From assembly GCA_963705305.1 (NCBI GenBank), contig OY970067.1, forward strand, positions 5,120,001-5,184,000: a DNA stretch of 64,000 bases, in the 5' to 3' direction. The stretch's first letter is position 1. Each line of letters opens with the position of its first letter. Below are positions 9,355 to 22,615 of this stretch, in pieces. Under the pieces are notes generated by a model. That model ran no database searches, was not told the DNA's origin, and saw only the letters and a list, made by a program, of their open reading frames with translations. The translations under genes were made by a program, and so were the position numbers. Source of the DNA: an uncultured Methylomirabilota bacterium (GTDB lineage: Bacteria > Methylomirabilota > Methylomirabilia > Methylomirabilales > 2-02-FULL-66-22).

Positions 9355-11232
9355 ATGCGGCTGTCGGCCGACGGCTACGGCGCCGCCTGCCTCCCCGGCG
9401 GCGGCGTCCGGTTTCGGGTGTGGGCGCCGCGCTGTCGGAGCGTGGCGGTCCGCCTGCTGAGCCCGGGCCTGCGCGAGCCTGTCCCCATGCGGCGCCTCCG
9501 GGACGGCTGGTTCCAGGCCATCCTGCCGGACCTGGGGGCGGGCACGCGCTACGTCTACCTGCTGGATGGGGAGCGCGAACGACCCGACCCGGCCTCGCGG
9601 GCCCTGCCGGAGGGGGTGCACGGCCCGTCCGAGGTCGTGGATCCCGCCGCCTTCCCCTGGACCGACACGGGCTGGCGGGGCATCTGCCTGCCCGAGATGG
9701 CGATCTACGAGCTGCACGTGGGCACCTTCACCCCCGAGGGCACTTTCGAGGCCGCGATCCCCCGCCTGGAGCGTCTGAAGGCGATGGGCGTCACGGCGAT
9801 CGAGCTCATGCCGGCGGCCAGCTTCCCCGGGAGCCGCAACTGGGGTTACGACGGCGTGGGCCTCTTCGCTCCCCAGCGAACGTACGGTGGACCCGAGGGA
9901 CTCCGCCGCCTGGTCGATGCCTGCCACGCCTGCGGCTTGGCGGTGGTGATGGATGTGGTGTACAACCACCTGGGCCCGGAGGGAAATTACCTGGCCGAGT
10001 TCGGCCCCTACTTCACCGATCGGTACCATATCCCCTGGGGCCAGGCCGTCAATTACGATGGGGAGGAATCCCGGGGCGTCCGGGACTTCGTCATCGCCAA
10101 CGCCCTGTTCTGGGTCCGGGAATACCACGTCGACAGCCTCCGGCTGGACGCCATCCACGGCATCTTCGACGCCAGTCCGGTTCACATCCTGCGCGAGCTG
10201 AATGCGGCGGTGCAGCGGCTGGCCCGCCGCCTGGGCCGGATCGTCCCGGTCGTGGCCGAGAGCGACCTGAACGATCGCCGGGTGATCGATCCGGTGCGGA
10301 AGGGCGGCTACGGTCTGGCGGGCCAGTGGAGTGACGACTTTCACCACTGTGTCCACACGCTGCTTACGGGGGAGCGCGTCGGCTACTACGCCGACTTCGG
10401 CTCTCTGCCCCAGCTGGCCAAGGCCTACACGCATGGGTTCGTATTCGACGGACAGCCCTCCGTCTTCCGCGGGCGGGCCCACGGGACGCCCACCCGCGAC
10501 ATCCCGGGCGAGCGATTCGTCGTCTGCACCCAGAACCACGACCAGATCGGCAACCGCGCCCAGGGAGAGCGGCTGTACTCCCTGGTCTGTTTCGACCGGG
10601 CCAAGCTGGCGGCGGCGGCGATGTTTCTGTCGCCATACGTCCCTCTCCTCTTCATGGGGCAGGAATACGCCGAGCGGGCCCCCTTCCTGTTCTTCACCGA
10701 TTTCGGGGATCCGGCCCTGCAGGCCGCCGTGACCCGGGGACGACGGGAAGAGTTCAAGACTTTTGGCTGGACGGATGACGTCCCGGACCCGCAGGACCCG
10801 GTGAGCTTCGCGCGATCCACGCTGACCTGGGACCTGCAGTGGCAAGAGCCGCATTCCTGGATGTGGCACTACTGCCAGACCCTCCTGGCCCTTCGGCGGA
10901 CGCATCCCGCGCTGGGCGTCGGAGGGAAGTCCCGGCTGAAAGCCGTGTGCATGGACGATCGGACTCTGCTACTATGGCGTAAGGGGGCAAATCGGTCGGC
11001 GGCCCTGATCGTCTTCCACTTCGGTCCGGAGGGGCGGACGCTGCACGTTGCGGTCCCGCCGGGCTCGTGGACTCGACTCCTCGACAGCGCCGAGGAGCAA
11101 TTCGGCGGTTTGGGGACCAATAGCCCGACCGAGCTCCGGCCGGGACGCGCAGACTGGGCGGAGATCCCGGTGGCCGGATACCAGGCGATGGTGTATCTCC
11201 GCGAAGCCGCGGCGACGGCCGGGAAAAGATGA
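9355..11232 (+). CDS. treZ: Malto-oligosyltrehalose trehalohydrolase (GH13)
   Basis: FRVWAP, YELHVGTFT, NWGYDGV, DVVYNHLGP, LRLDAIH, QNHDQIGNRA. Confidence 0.95.
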   Translation: MRLSADGYGAACLPGGGVRFRVWAPRCRSVAVRLLSPGLREPVPMRRLRDGWFQAILPDLGAGTRYVYLLDGERERPDPASRALPEGVHGPSEVVDPAAFPWTDTGWRGICLPEMAIYELHVGTFTPEGTFEAAIPRLERLKAMGVTAIELMPAASFPGSRNWGYDGVGLFAPQRTYGGPEGLRRLVDACHACGLAVVMDVVYNHLGPEGNYLAEFGPYFTDRYHIPWGQAVNYDGEESRGVRDFVIANALFWVREYHVDSLRLDAIHGIFDASPVHILRELNAAVQRLARRLGRIVPVVAESDLNDRRVIDPVRKGGYGLAGQWSDDFHHCVHTLLTGERVGYYADFGSLPQLAKAYTHGFVFDGQPSVFRGRAHGTPTRDIPGERFVVCTQNHDQIGNRAQGERLYSLVCFDRAKLAAAAMFLSPYVPLLFMGQEYAERAPFLFFTDFGDPALQAAVTRGRREEFKTFGWTDDVPDPQDPVSFARSTLTWDLQWQEPHSWMWHYCQTLLALRRTHPALGVGGKSRLKAVCMDDRTLLLWRKGANRSAALIVFHFGPEGRTLHVAVPPGSWTRLLDSAEEQFGGLGTNSPTELRPGRADWAEIPVAGYQAMVYLREAAATAGKR

Positions 11233-11666
11233 CCGTGGCGGGTGGTCGCCGGCTTCCAGCGGGATTCTGGACGTACATGCTCGTCCAGATGCCCGACATC
11301 CTGGCGGCGGGGGTCGTGTTCGTCCTGCTCCATCGCTGGGTGAACCTGCCCGCCGGATGGGCGGCGGGAGCGTTCCTCCTCTGGGTGGCCAAAGACGTGG
11401 CGATGTTTCCGCTGCTGCGGGAGGCCTTTGTCCCGCCCCGCGCGGGTCCGGAAACCCTGGAGGGAACGCGCGCCCTGGCCCGGGAGCGGCTGGCGCCCGA
11501 GGGCTACGTGACCCTCAACGGAGAGCTGTGGTGGGCCCGCAGCCTCCGGGAACAGGAGGTCATCTCACCGGGAACCCCCGTGGTGGTTCGCGCCTGCCGC
11601 GGCCTGACGCTCCTCGTCGAGCCCGATAGATCTCGCGGCGCCCCGCAGGAGAACGGAGGCCGGTGA
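11229..11666 (+). CDS. NfeD-like C-terminal (short NfeD) membrane protein
   Basis: N-terminal TM helices then LAPEGYVTLNGELWWA..GTPVVV..GLTLLVEP; ATGA overlap with treZ. Confidence 0.85.
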   Translation: MTVAGGRRLPAGFWTYMLVQMPDILAAGVVFVLLHRWVNLPAGWAAGAFLLWVAKDVAMFPLLREAFVPPRAGPETLEGTRALARERLAPEGYVTLNGELWWARSLREQEVISPGTPVVVRACRGLTLLVEPDRSRGAPQENGGR

Positions 11667-11679
11667 TCGGGATGTTCTG

Positions 11680-11880
11680 GTGTCCCGCCTGAAGGAGCTG
11701 GATCAGGCGGAGTTAAAGATCCGGGAGGGCACCTACGGCATCTGCGAGGGGTGCTGGGAGCCGATCCCGCTGCCCCGCTTGCGGGCCATGCCGGGTGCGG
11801 TCCGCTGCATCGCCTGCGCCGAAGAGGCGGCCGCACCCACCAAGCAGGAGGCTGGAAAACGTGACCGGACTCAAACCTGA
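11680..11880 (+). CDS. Short DksA/TraR-type C4 zinc-finger protein (possibly N-terminally truncated)
   Basis: [30 protein letters not shown]; only 66 aa, GTG start. Confidence 0.7.
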   Translation: MSRLKELDQAELKIREGTYGICEGCWEPIPLPRLRAMPGAVRCIACAEEAAAPTKQEAGKRDRTQT

Positions 11881-14076
11881 GGTCATCGAGGCGATCGTCC
11901 AGGGGACTCACCGCGACCCCTTCGGGGTCGTGGGCCCCCACATCGTCCCCAGACGCGGCGGAGGGCAATCGGTCGTCATCCGGGCGTTCGTGCCTGCCGC
12001 CGCAGAGGTCTCGGTGGTGGTACAGGGACCGGAGACATCCGCCCTGCCGATGAAGCAACGGCATCCGGCCGGCTTCTTCGAGCTCGAGTTCCCGGACCGT
12101 TCGACCCTCTTCCCCTACCTCCTGGAGGCGGCGGACGGCGCCGGGCACACCCGCCGGATGGAGGACCCGTACCGCTTCCCCTCCACGCTCAGCGACTACG
12201 ATCTGCACCTTCTGGGGGAAGGAACCCACTACCGGGCCTATGAGAAGCTGGGGGCCCACGCGGTCGTCCTAGATGGCGTCCCGGGCGTGCTGTTCGCCGT
12301 CTGGGCACCGAATGCCCGGCGCGTCAGCATCGTGGGGGACTTCAACCGCTGGGACGGCCGCGCGCATCCGATGCGGCTTCATCCCGGAAACGGGCTCTGG
12401 GAGATTTTCCTGCCGGGGCTCACCACAGGGACGCTCTACAAGTTCGAGGTGCTGCCCCGGACGGGCGGGCCGGTGGCCCTGAAGGCGGATCCCTACGCCT
12501 TCGAGTTCGAGCTGCCCCCCCGCACCGCCTCCCGGGTGGCCGACCTGGCCTACGTCTGGAGCGATCAGGACTGGATGGCCGAGCGGGGCCGCCGTCACGC
12601 CCTGGACGCCCCGCTGGCCGTGTACGAGGTCCACCTGGGGTCCTGGATGCGGGCTCCGGAGGAGGGAAACCGCTTCCTCACGTATCGTGAGCTGGCGGAG
12701 CGCCTCGGCCCGTACGTGCGGGACATGGGGTACACCCATGTGGAGCTCCTCCCCATCACGGAGCATCCCTACTATGCTTCCTGGGGGTACCAGACCCTGG
12801 GGTACTTCGCGCCCACCCGCCGCTACGGCGGCCCCCAGGATTTCATGGCCTTCGTGGACGCGCTGCACCAGCAGGGCATCGGTGTCATCCTGGACTGGGT
12901 GCCGGCCCACTTCCCCAACGACGCGTACGGCCTGGCCTACTTCGACGGGACGCACCTGTACGAGCACGAGGACCCCCGGCGGCGGGAGCACCCGGAGTGG
13001 GGCACCCGGATCTTCAACTACGGCCGGAACGAGGTGGCCAACTTCCTGATCGACAGCGCCCTCTTCTGGCTGGACCGCTACCACCTGGAGGGGCTCAGGA
13101 TCGACGCCGTGGCCTCCATGCTTTACCTGGACTACGGCCGGCGCAGCGGCGAATGGCTCCCCAACCAGTTCGGGGGGAACGAGAACCTGGAGGCCATCGC
13201 CTTCCTCAAGCGCCTCAACGAGGCCGTCTACCGATTCCACCCCGACGCGATGACCATCGCCGAGGAGTCCACCGCCTGGCCCATGGTTTCCCGCCCGACC
13301 TACGTGGGCGGGCTGGGTTTCGGCTACAAGTGGAACATGGGCTGGATGCACGATCTGCTCACGTACATGTCCAAGGAGCCCATCCACCGCAAGTACCATC
13401 ACAACAACCTGACCTTCGGCCTCCTCTACGCCTGGCACGAGAACTTCATCTTGCCCCTGTCTCACGACGAGGTCGTGCAGGGTAAGGGCTCGCTGCACCG
13501 CAAGATGCCCGGGGACGACTGGCAGAAGTTCGCCAACCTGCGTGCGTTCTACGGGTTCATGTACGGCCATCCCGGAAAGAAGCTGCTGTTCATGGGGGGC
13601 GAGTTCGGCCAGGTGAACGAGTGGTATCACGAGGTGGGCCTGGACTGGCACCTCCTCGGCATGGGGCCCTACCACGCCGGCCTGCAGCGGTTGGTGCAGG
13701 ACCTGAACCGGCTCTACCGCAGCCAGCCGGCCCTCCACCAGGTGGACTACCAGCCGGCCGGCTTCCAGTGGCTGGACTGCAACGACTGGGAGGCCAGCGC
13801 GGTCGCCTTCCTCCGGCGGGCTCGCGATCCCGAGGATGTCATCGTCTTCGCCTGCAATTTCACCCCCGTGGTCCGGCAGGGCTACCGGATCGGGGTGCCC
13901 CGCGGCGGCTGGTACCGGGAGGCCCTGAACACCGACGCGGCATGCTACAGCGGCAGCAACGTGGGGAACGGCGGAGGCGCCATGGCGGAGGCGGTGCCCG
14001 TCCACGGCCAGCCTTACTCTCTCAGCGTCACCCTCCCCCCGCTCGCCACGGTGATCTTCCAGCCAGAGGGGCGCTG

Positions 14077-14077
<1 letters not shown>
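11861..14077 (+). CDS. glgB: 1,4-alpha-glucan branching enzyme (GH13)
   Basis: AGGAGG before GTG 11861; [46 protein letters not shown]. Confidence 0.96.
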
Positions 14078-16204
<2,127 letters not shown>

Positions 16205-16208
<4 letters not shown>

Positions 16209-17482
16209 GCCAGGGGCCGCGGATCTACAACCTGTTCCCGCTCCTGGCCGGGCCGCTGCCGCGCTGGCCCCCCCACCTGGAGCGGGCGGCCGGCATGGGC
16301 TTCACCTGGCTCTTCGTCAACCCGTTTCACCAGGCCGGCTTCTCCGGCAGCCTCTACTCCGTGAAGGACTACTACGCCGTCGATCGGCGGCTGCTGGACG
16401 GGGACGCCCCCCCGGCGGACCAGCTCCGCGGGATGCTGGCAGACTGCCGGCGCCTGGGCCTCAGCGTGATGATGGATCTGGTGATCAACCACACGGCCTT
16501 CGACTCCCCCCTGGTGCAGGAGCACCCCGACTGGTTCCGGCGGGATGGGGACGGCCGGCCGGTCCACCCCGGGGCCAAGGACGGGAAGCGGGAGGTGGTC
16601 TGGTGGGACCTGGCCCAGGTGGACAATGCCGAGAGCCCGGACCGGCAGGCCCTCTGGGCCTACTGGCGGAACCTGGCCCTTTACTACGCCGACCTCGGGT
16701 TCCGCGGGTTCCGCTGCGACGCCGCCTATCAGGTGCCGACGGGGTTGTGGCGCGACCTGATCGGCGCGGTCAAGGAGCGCCACCCGGACGTCCTGTTCTT
16801 CGCCGAGACCCTGGGCTGCACTCCCGAGGAGACCCTGTCCACCGCCGCGGCCGGCTTCGACTTCATCTTCAACAGCAGCAAGTACTGGGACTACCGCGAG
16901 CCCTGGTGCCTGGAACAGTACGCGCTGACCGCGCCCGTCGTGCCGTCCGTGAGCTTTCCCGAATCCCACGATACCCCCCGGCTGGCCGCCGAGCTGGGCG
17001 GGCAGCGGGCCGCGGTCCTCCAGCGCTACGCCTTCGCCGCGGTCTTCTCCACGGGCGTCATGATGCCGATGGGGTTCGAATATGGATTCCGGAAGCCACT
17101 GCACGTGGTGCAGACCACCTCCCGGGACTGGGAGCAGCCGACCTGGGATCTGACCGGTCCGATCAGAGCCATCCACCGCACCAAGGCGGCCCATCCGGCG
17201 CTCAACGAGGAGGGGCCGATCGCCCGGGTGAACCTCGGCAGCGACCGGGCGCTGGGACTCCTCAAGCGGACGCGGGACGGCCGGGAGGCGGTGCTCGTCA
17301 TCGTAAACGCCGATCGGGAGGCGGGGGTGCGTGTTCGCATTCCGGCGGGGGTCCCGATGGGTTCGCCGCGCGTCTCGACCGAGCCCGCCACGGAGCGCTC
17401 CCGGCCGGTGCCGGCATCGGGCGAGGCCGTCCTCGGTCCCGCCGGCATCCTGATCATCCACTCCGGCGGGCCGCTCCCCTGA
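16205..17482 (+). CDS. Alpha-amylase family (GH13) protein, GlgE-associated type
   Basis: [31 protein letters not shown] catalytic regions. Confidence 0.9.
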
Positions 17483-17557
17483 TCGCGAGGGAGGCCGGTC
17501 CGCCGCGGGAGAGACAACGGCAACGACGGATCGCGCGACGCGAATTGAAAGGAGGCG

Positions 17558-17950
17558 GTGGTCGTGGCAAAGGCGCCCAGCGTCCTGGTGGTGGATGACG
17601 ATCCGGAGATGCGCGCCCTGCTCCTGGATGTGCTCAAAAACGAGGGCTACGAGGTGACCGAAGCCAAAGACGGCACCGAAGCGGTCCTGGCCCTGAGGGG
17701 ACACAGCTTCGACATCATCCTCATGGACAAGAACATGCCGGGCCCCAGCGGTCTGGACCTCTTGCCCGGATTCCGGCGCGTCTCGCCCGCCTCCAAGGTC
17801 ATCATGATGACGGCCTTTGGAGACGTCCCCTCGTACATGGAGGCGGTGGAGAAAGGAGCGGTGGAGTTCCTGTTCAAGCCCTTCCGGATGGAGGAGTTGA
17901 AGGTGGCCATCGCCAAGGCGCTGGAGCTGGGCCCGGGGCCGGGCGCCTGA
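17558..17950 (+). CDS. Single-domain response regulator
   Basis: VLVVDDD, MDKNMPG, MTAFG, FKPF; AAAGGAGG RBS. Confidence 0.92.
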   Translation: MVVAKAPSVLVVDDDPEMRALLLDVLKNEGYEVTEAKDGTEAVLALRGHSFDIILMDKNMPGPSGLDLLPGFRRVSPASKVIMMTAFGDVPSYMEAVEKGAVEFLFKPFRMEELKVAIAKALELGPGPGA

Positions 17951-17970
17951 GGGGCGGCGGGGGTGCGGGG

Positions 17971-19557
17971 GTGCGGCGACTGGGGGCCGGGTTGCGGCGA
18001 AATCTGACGACGCGGCTGGTCATCCTCACCATGCTGGTGCTGATGATCATCAGTGGCGTGTACGACTACATCCGGCTGGGGCAGGAGCGCGAGCGCCTGA
18101 TGGCCCAGTCCCAGGAAGACGTCCGCATCTTCGCCGAGACCCTGGCCCTGGCCGTCAGCCGCAACGTGCGGCGGGGCGGCACCACCGCCGACCTGAAAGA
18201 GCTCCTGGACGACATCCTGTCGCGCCCCGGCCTGATCGCCATGGCCATCTACGACCCCGAGGGGCAGATCGTGACGCAGACCGTCGCCCCGGGGACGCCG
18301 CCCCTGGTCCTGGACGAGACCGTTCGGCAGTCCCTGCGCCAGCGGGAGGCCATCTCGGTGGCGACGGGATCGGGCTCCAGCCAGCTCCTGCGCTACGTCC
18401 AGCCCTTCCGCTGGCCCGGGGGGCGCACCGCCGTCATCGAGGTCGAGCAGAGCCTGGGTCACATGGAGCGCGAGTACCGGGATGCCCTGCGGGAGAGCAT
18501 CCTGTCCCGCTCGGTGGTCCTGGCCCTCTTCGTGCTCTCCATCGTGGCCCTCACCCGCTGGAACATCGTCCGCCCCATCCGGGCGCTCATCTCCGGCGCG
18601 CAGGAGGTGGGCGGGGGCAACCTGTCCAAGCGGATCACGATCCGCCGGCACGACGAGATCGGGCAGCTGGCGGAGGAGTTCAACCGGATGGCCGGCAAGC
18701 TCCAGGCCGCCCACGACCAGCTAGTCCACGAGGCGGAGGAGCGGTTGCGCCTGGAGCAGGAGGTGCAGCAATCGCAGAAGCTGGCGGCCGTGGGCATGCT
18801 GGCGGCCGAGGTGGCGCACGAGATCGGGACGCCCCTCAACGTCATCTCGGGGCGGGCCGAGGTGCTGGAGCAGGGAATGCCCGGCGACCGTCCCGAGCGG
18901 CGCCATCTGGACGTCATCCTGAAGCAGAGCGAGCGGATCAAGGGCATCCTGCGGGCGCTGCTGGATTACTCGCGTCCCCGGCGCCCCACCCTGCGTCCCG
19001 AGCCCATCGTGCCCATCCTGGGGCGGGTGGCGGACTTCCTGCTGGAGCGCAGCCGGCGCCGCGACGTGCGCATCGCCCTGGATCTGCCCTTCAGCCTGCC
19101 GCGCGTCATGGGAGACCCCGATCATCTCCAGCAGCTCTTCGTGAACCTGCTGATGAACGCCCTGGATGCCTCGACGCCCGGCAGCACCGTGCAGGTTACC
19201 ACGGGGGAGGCCCCCACCCTGCCCGCGGACGGCCGCGCCGGGATCGTGCGGGGCAAGGTGGAAGGCCCCAATCTCGCCATCCACGTCGTGGATCACGGCA
19301 AGGGGTTGACCTCCGAACAGCTGAACCATGTGTTCGAGCCCTTCTTCTCCACCAAGGGCCGCGGGCATGGCACCGGCCTGGGCTTGCCCATCGTGGAGGA
19401 GATCATCCGCGGGCACCGGGGCGAGATTGAGATACTGACCATCCCCGACCGGGGCACCGAGGCGATCGTCCGCCTGCCGCTGGCGGCGGACGAGATCGCC
19501 GGCACGGAGCCCGACGCCACGGCAAACGATCCGAGGACGGAGACCCATGGACGCTAG
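17971..19557 (+). CDS. Sensor histidine kinase (2 TM, HAMP, HisKA, HATPase)
   Basis: HDEIGQLAEEFNRM, VAHEIGTPLN, NALDA, FEPFFSTK, GTGLGL; paralogue of 4917..6551. Confidence 0.93.
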   Translation: MRRLGAGLRRNLTTRLVILTMLVLMIISGVYDYIRLGQERERLMAQSQEDVRIFAETLALAVSRNVRRGGTTADLKELLDDILSRPGLIAMAIYDPEGQIVTQTVAPGTPPLVLDETVRQSLRQREAISVATGSGSSQLLRYVQPFRWPGGRTAVIEVEQSLGHMEREYRDALRESILSRSVVLALFVLSIVALTRWNIVRPIRALISGAQEVGGGNLSKRITIRRHDEIGQLAEEFNRMAGKLQAAHDQLVHEAEERLRLEQEVQQSQKLAAVGMLAAEVAHEIGTPLNVISGRAEVLEQGMPGDRPERRHLDVILKQSERIKGILRALLDYSRPRRPTLRPEPIVPILGRVADFLLERSRRRDVRIALDLPFSLPRVMGDPDHLQQLFVNLLMNALDASTPGSTVQVTTGEAPTLPADGRAGIVRGKVEGPNLAIHVVDHGKGLTSEQLNHVFEPFFSTKGRGHGTGLGLPIVEEIIRGHRGEIEILTIPDRGTEAIVRLPLAADEIAGTEPDATANDPRTETHGR

Positions 19558-22500
19558 CGGGACGGCGGCGTGGGTGACGGACCCGGCCCTCCAGCCGCGG
19601 GTCCCGGCGGCCACCTACCGGGTCCAGCTCAATCGCCTCTTCACGTTCGAGGACGCCCGGCGGATCGTGCCTTACCTGGCGCGCCTGGGTGTGAGCGACC
19701 TGTACGCCTCCCCCTATCTCGGCGCATGTCCGGGGAGCCTGCACGGCTACGACATCGTGGACCACAACACCCTCAATCCGGAGATCGGCAGCGACGAGGA
19801 ATACGGCCGCCTCTGCCGGGCCCTGCAGGCCGCGGGCATGGGCCAGATCCTGGACGTCGTGCCCAACCACATGGGGATTGCCGAGGCCCGCAACCGCTGG
19901 TGGTACGATGTACTGGAGAACGGCCCCAGTTCGCCGTATGCCGGCTTCTTCGACGTGGACTGGGACCCCGTGAATCGGGAGCTCGCCAACAAGGTGCTGC
20001 TGCCGATCCTGGGAGATCAGTACGGGCGCGTCCTGGAGAGCCAGGAGCTGATCCTGGAGTACCGGGACGGGGGGTTCCAGCTGCGCTACTTCGATCACCG
20101 GCTTCCCATCGAGCCCCGCTCGACCACCCGCATCCTGGCCCATCAGCTGGAGGCCCTGGCCGAGATCCGGGGGGAGCAGAGCCCCGAGCTGCAGGAGTAC
20201 CAGAGCATCCTCACGGCCCTCGCCAACCTTCCCACGCGCACGGAGACCGGGGCGGACCGGGTCCGCGAGCGCTTGCGGGAAAAAGAGGTCATCCGGCGGC
20301 GCCTGGCCCGTCTGGTGGAGCAGTGCGAGCCCGTGCGGGCGTCCCTGGAGGAGACGGTCCGGGTCTTCAACGGCATGCCGGGGGATCCCCGCAGCTTCGA
20401 CCTCTTGGACCAGCTCCTGGGCGATCAGGTCTACCGGCTGGCCTACTGGCGTGTCGCCGCGGAGGAGATCAACTACCGGCGCTTCTTCGACATCAATGAG
20501 CTGGCGGCCATCCGCATAGAGGATCCGGCGGTCTTCCGCGAGACCCACCGCCTGATCCTGCGGCTGGTGGAGCAGGAAAGGGTCACCGGACTGCGCATCG
20601 ACCATCCCGACGGGCTCTACGATCCCCGGAGCTATTTCCGCGCCCTCCAGCAGGAGCGCGTCGCCCAAACGGCCAGGCGCCGCCTCGTCGAGCAGGGACC
20701 ACGAGAGGATGCCGCGCGGGACGCCACGGTGGCCCGGGCCCTGGCCGACTTCGAGGAGGCCTGCCGGGAGGAGGCCGCCCGTCCGGGCTGCCGCCCCCTG
20801 TACATCGTGGCCGAGAAGATCCTGGCCAAGGGCGAGCGGCTGCCGGCGGAGTGGGCCATCCAGGGAACCACCGGCTACGAGCTCCTGAACCTGGTGGAAG
20901 GGCTCTTCGTGGACCGGACGAGCGAGAAGGCCATGACGGCCGCCTACGCCGTCTTCACCGGCTGGCGAACCCCCTTCGCCGATCTGGCCTACGAGTGCAA
21001 GCAGCTCATCATGCAGGTCTCGATGTCGAGCGAGCTGAACGTTCTGGGCCATACGCTGGACCGCCTGGCCGAGCGCAACCGGTACTCCCGCGACTTCACC
21101 CTCAACAGCCTCACCACGGCGCTGCGGGAGGTGATCGCCTGCTTCCCGGTCTACCGAACCTACATCACCGGCCGGGCCCCCGAGGTCTCCCTCCAGGATC
21201 GGGCCTGCGTGGAAGTGGCCGTGGCCTTCGCCAAGCGACGGAACCCCGCCACCAACGTCTCCGTCTTCGACTTCGTGCGGGATGTCCTGCTGCTACGCTA
21301 CCCCGAGAACGCCGACGAGGCCTATCGGGAGGACCAGCGCGTTTTCGTGCAGAAATTCCAGCAGGTGACGGCCCCCGTCATGGCCAAGGGGGTGGAGGAT
21401 ACCGCCTTCTACCGCTACCACCGGCTGGTCAGCCTGAACGAGGTGGGCGGCGAGCCTGACCGGTTCGGGATCGAGGTGGAGGAGTTCCACAAGCAGTGCC
21501 AGGCCCGCCAGGACAAATGGCCGGACGGCCTTTCCGCCAGCACCACCCACGACACCAAGCGAAGCGAGGACGTCCGGGCCCGCATCGCCGTCCTCTCCGA
21601 GTTTCCCCGGGAGTGGCGGGCGGCCGTGGGCCGCTGGCATCGCTGGAACCGGCGACACGCCACGGAGGTGGACGGGCGCCCCGCACCCGACAAGAACGAC
21701 GAGTACCTGCTCTACCAGACCCTCGTCGGCGCCTGGCCGCTCCTCCCCCCCTGGCCCGAGGACTCGGCCGGCTTCACTGCCCGCATACAGGATTACATGC
21801 TCAAGGCCGCCAAGGAGGCCAAGCTCAACACCAGCTGGATCAATCCCAATACGGCCTACGACGAGGCACTCAGGAGCTTCGTGGCCCGCGCCTTGGACCC
21901 CACCCCCGGCAACCGGTTTCTCGCCGACCTGGCCGTTTTTCACCCCCCGGTGGCGCTGCTGGGGATGATCTACAGCCTGGCCCGGACCCTGCTCAAGATC
22001 ACGGCCCCGGGTATCCCCGACTTCTACCAGGGCACCGAGCTGTGGGATTTCAGCCTGGTGGACCCGGACAACCGGCGCCCGGTGGACTACGACCTGCGGG
22101 TCCGATACCTGGACGAGCTGGAGCGGCGGATCGCCCGCGGCGAGCTCGCCGATCTGGCGCGCGACCTCGTCCGGCACTGGCAGGACGGCTGGATCAAGAT
22201 GTATTGTATCCATCGGGCCTTGACCTTCCGGCGGGCCGCGCCGGAGCTGTTCCGCGCCGGGGCGTACGTTCCGCTGTCGGTGGAAGGCGAGCACCCGGAA
22301 CGGCTGTGCGCCTTCGCCCGCCGGCACGGGGATGCGGCGGCCGTCATGGTCGTGCCGCGCCTGGTCGCCCGGCTGACCGGCGGCGGCGCCACGCTCCCCC
22401 CCGGCCGCGACGCGTGGGGGGCCACCTGGGTTCGGATCCCGGACGACTTCCCGGTGGGTCCGTATCTCAATCTGTTCACCGGCGCCAGCATCCCGGCGGA

Positions 22501-22615
22501 CGGCCCGCCGGCCGGCCGCAGGTGGGCCGCGGGGGATCTGCTGGCCGAGTTTCCCGTGGCCTGCCTGGCCCATCGCCTGCCGGGGCAGGCGCTCGAGCCG
22601 TCCGGAGCCCGCTGA
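19547..22615 (+). CDS. treY: Malto-oligosyltrehalose synthase
   Basis: ATYRVQL, GSLHGYD, DVVPNHM, INYRRFFDIN, GLRIDHPDGL, VAEKIL, THDTKRSED, PDFYQGTELWD.SLVDPDNRRPVD. Confidence 0.96.
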   Translation: MDASGTAAWVTDPALQPRVPAATYRVQLNRLFTFEDARRIVPYLARLGVSDLYASPYLGACPGSLHGYDIVDHNTLNPEIGSDEEYGRLCRALQAAGMGQILDVVPNHMGIAEARNRWWYDVLENGPSSPYAGFFDVDWDPVNRELANKVLLPILGDQYGRVLESQELILEYRDGGFQLRYFDHRLPIEPRSTTRILAHQLEALAEIRGEQSPELQEYQSILTALANLPTRTETGADRVRERLREKEVIRRRLARLVEQCEPVRASLEETVRVFNGMPGDPRSFDLLDQLLGDQVYRLAYWRVAAEEINYRRFFDINELAAIRIEDPAVFRETHRLILRLVEQERVTGLRIDHPDGLYDPRSYFRALQQERVAQTARRRLVEQGPREDAARDATVARALADFEEACREEAARPGCRPLYIVAEKILAKGERLPAEWAIQGTTGYELLNLVEGLFVDRTSEKAMTAAYAVFTGWRTPFADLAYECKQLIMQVSMSSELNVLGHTLDRLAERNRYSRDFTLNSLTTALREVIACFPVYRTYITGRAPEVSLQDRACVEVAVAFAKRRNPATNVSVFDFVRDVLLLRYPENADEAYREDQRVFVQKFQQVTAPVMAKGVEDTAFYRYHRLVSLNEVGGEPDRFGIEVEEFHKQCQARQDKWPDGLSASTTHDTKRSEDVRARIAVLSEFPREWRAAVGRWHRWNRRHATEVDGRPAPDKNDEYLLYQTLVGAWPLLPPWPEDSAGFTARIQDYMLKAAKEAKLNTSWINPNTAYDEALRSFVARALDPTPGNRFLADLAVFHPPVALLGMIYSLARTLLKITAPGIPDFYQGTELWDFSLVDPDNRRPVDYDLRVRYLDELERRIARGELADLARDLVRHWQDGWIKMYCIHRALTFRRAAPELFRAGAYVPLSVEGEHPERLCAFARRHGDAAAVMVVPRLVARLTGGGATLPPGRDAWGATWVRIPDDFPVGPYLNLFTGASIPADGPPAGRRWAAGDLLAEFPVACLAHRLPGQALEPSGAR

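Noticed and set aside
21496..22614. Long N-terminal extension of the GH57 ORF (also extensions of ORFs 4536, 13621, 33651, 53895, 57948, 63903)
   Set aside because: Out-of-frame overlap with the upstream gene or spacer; family homology starts at internal start codons with an RBS or stop/start overlap.
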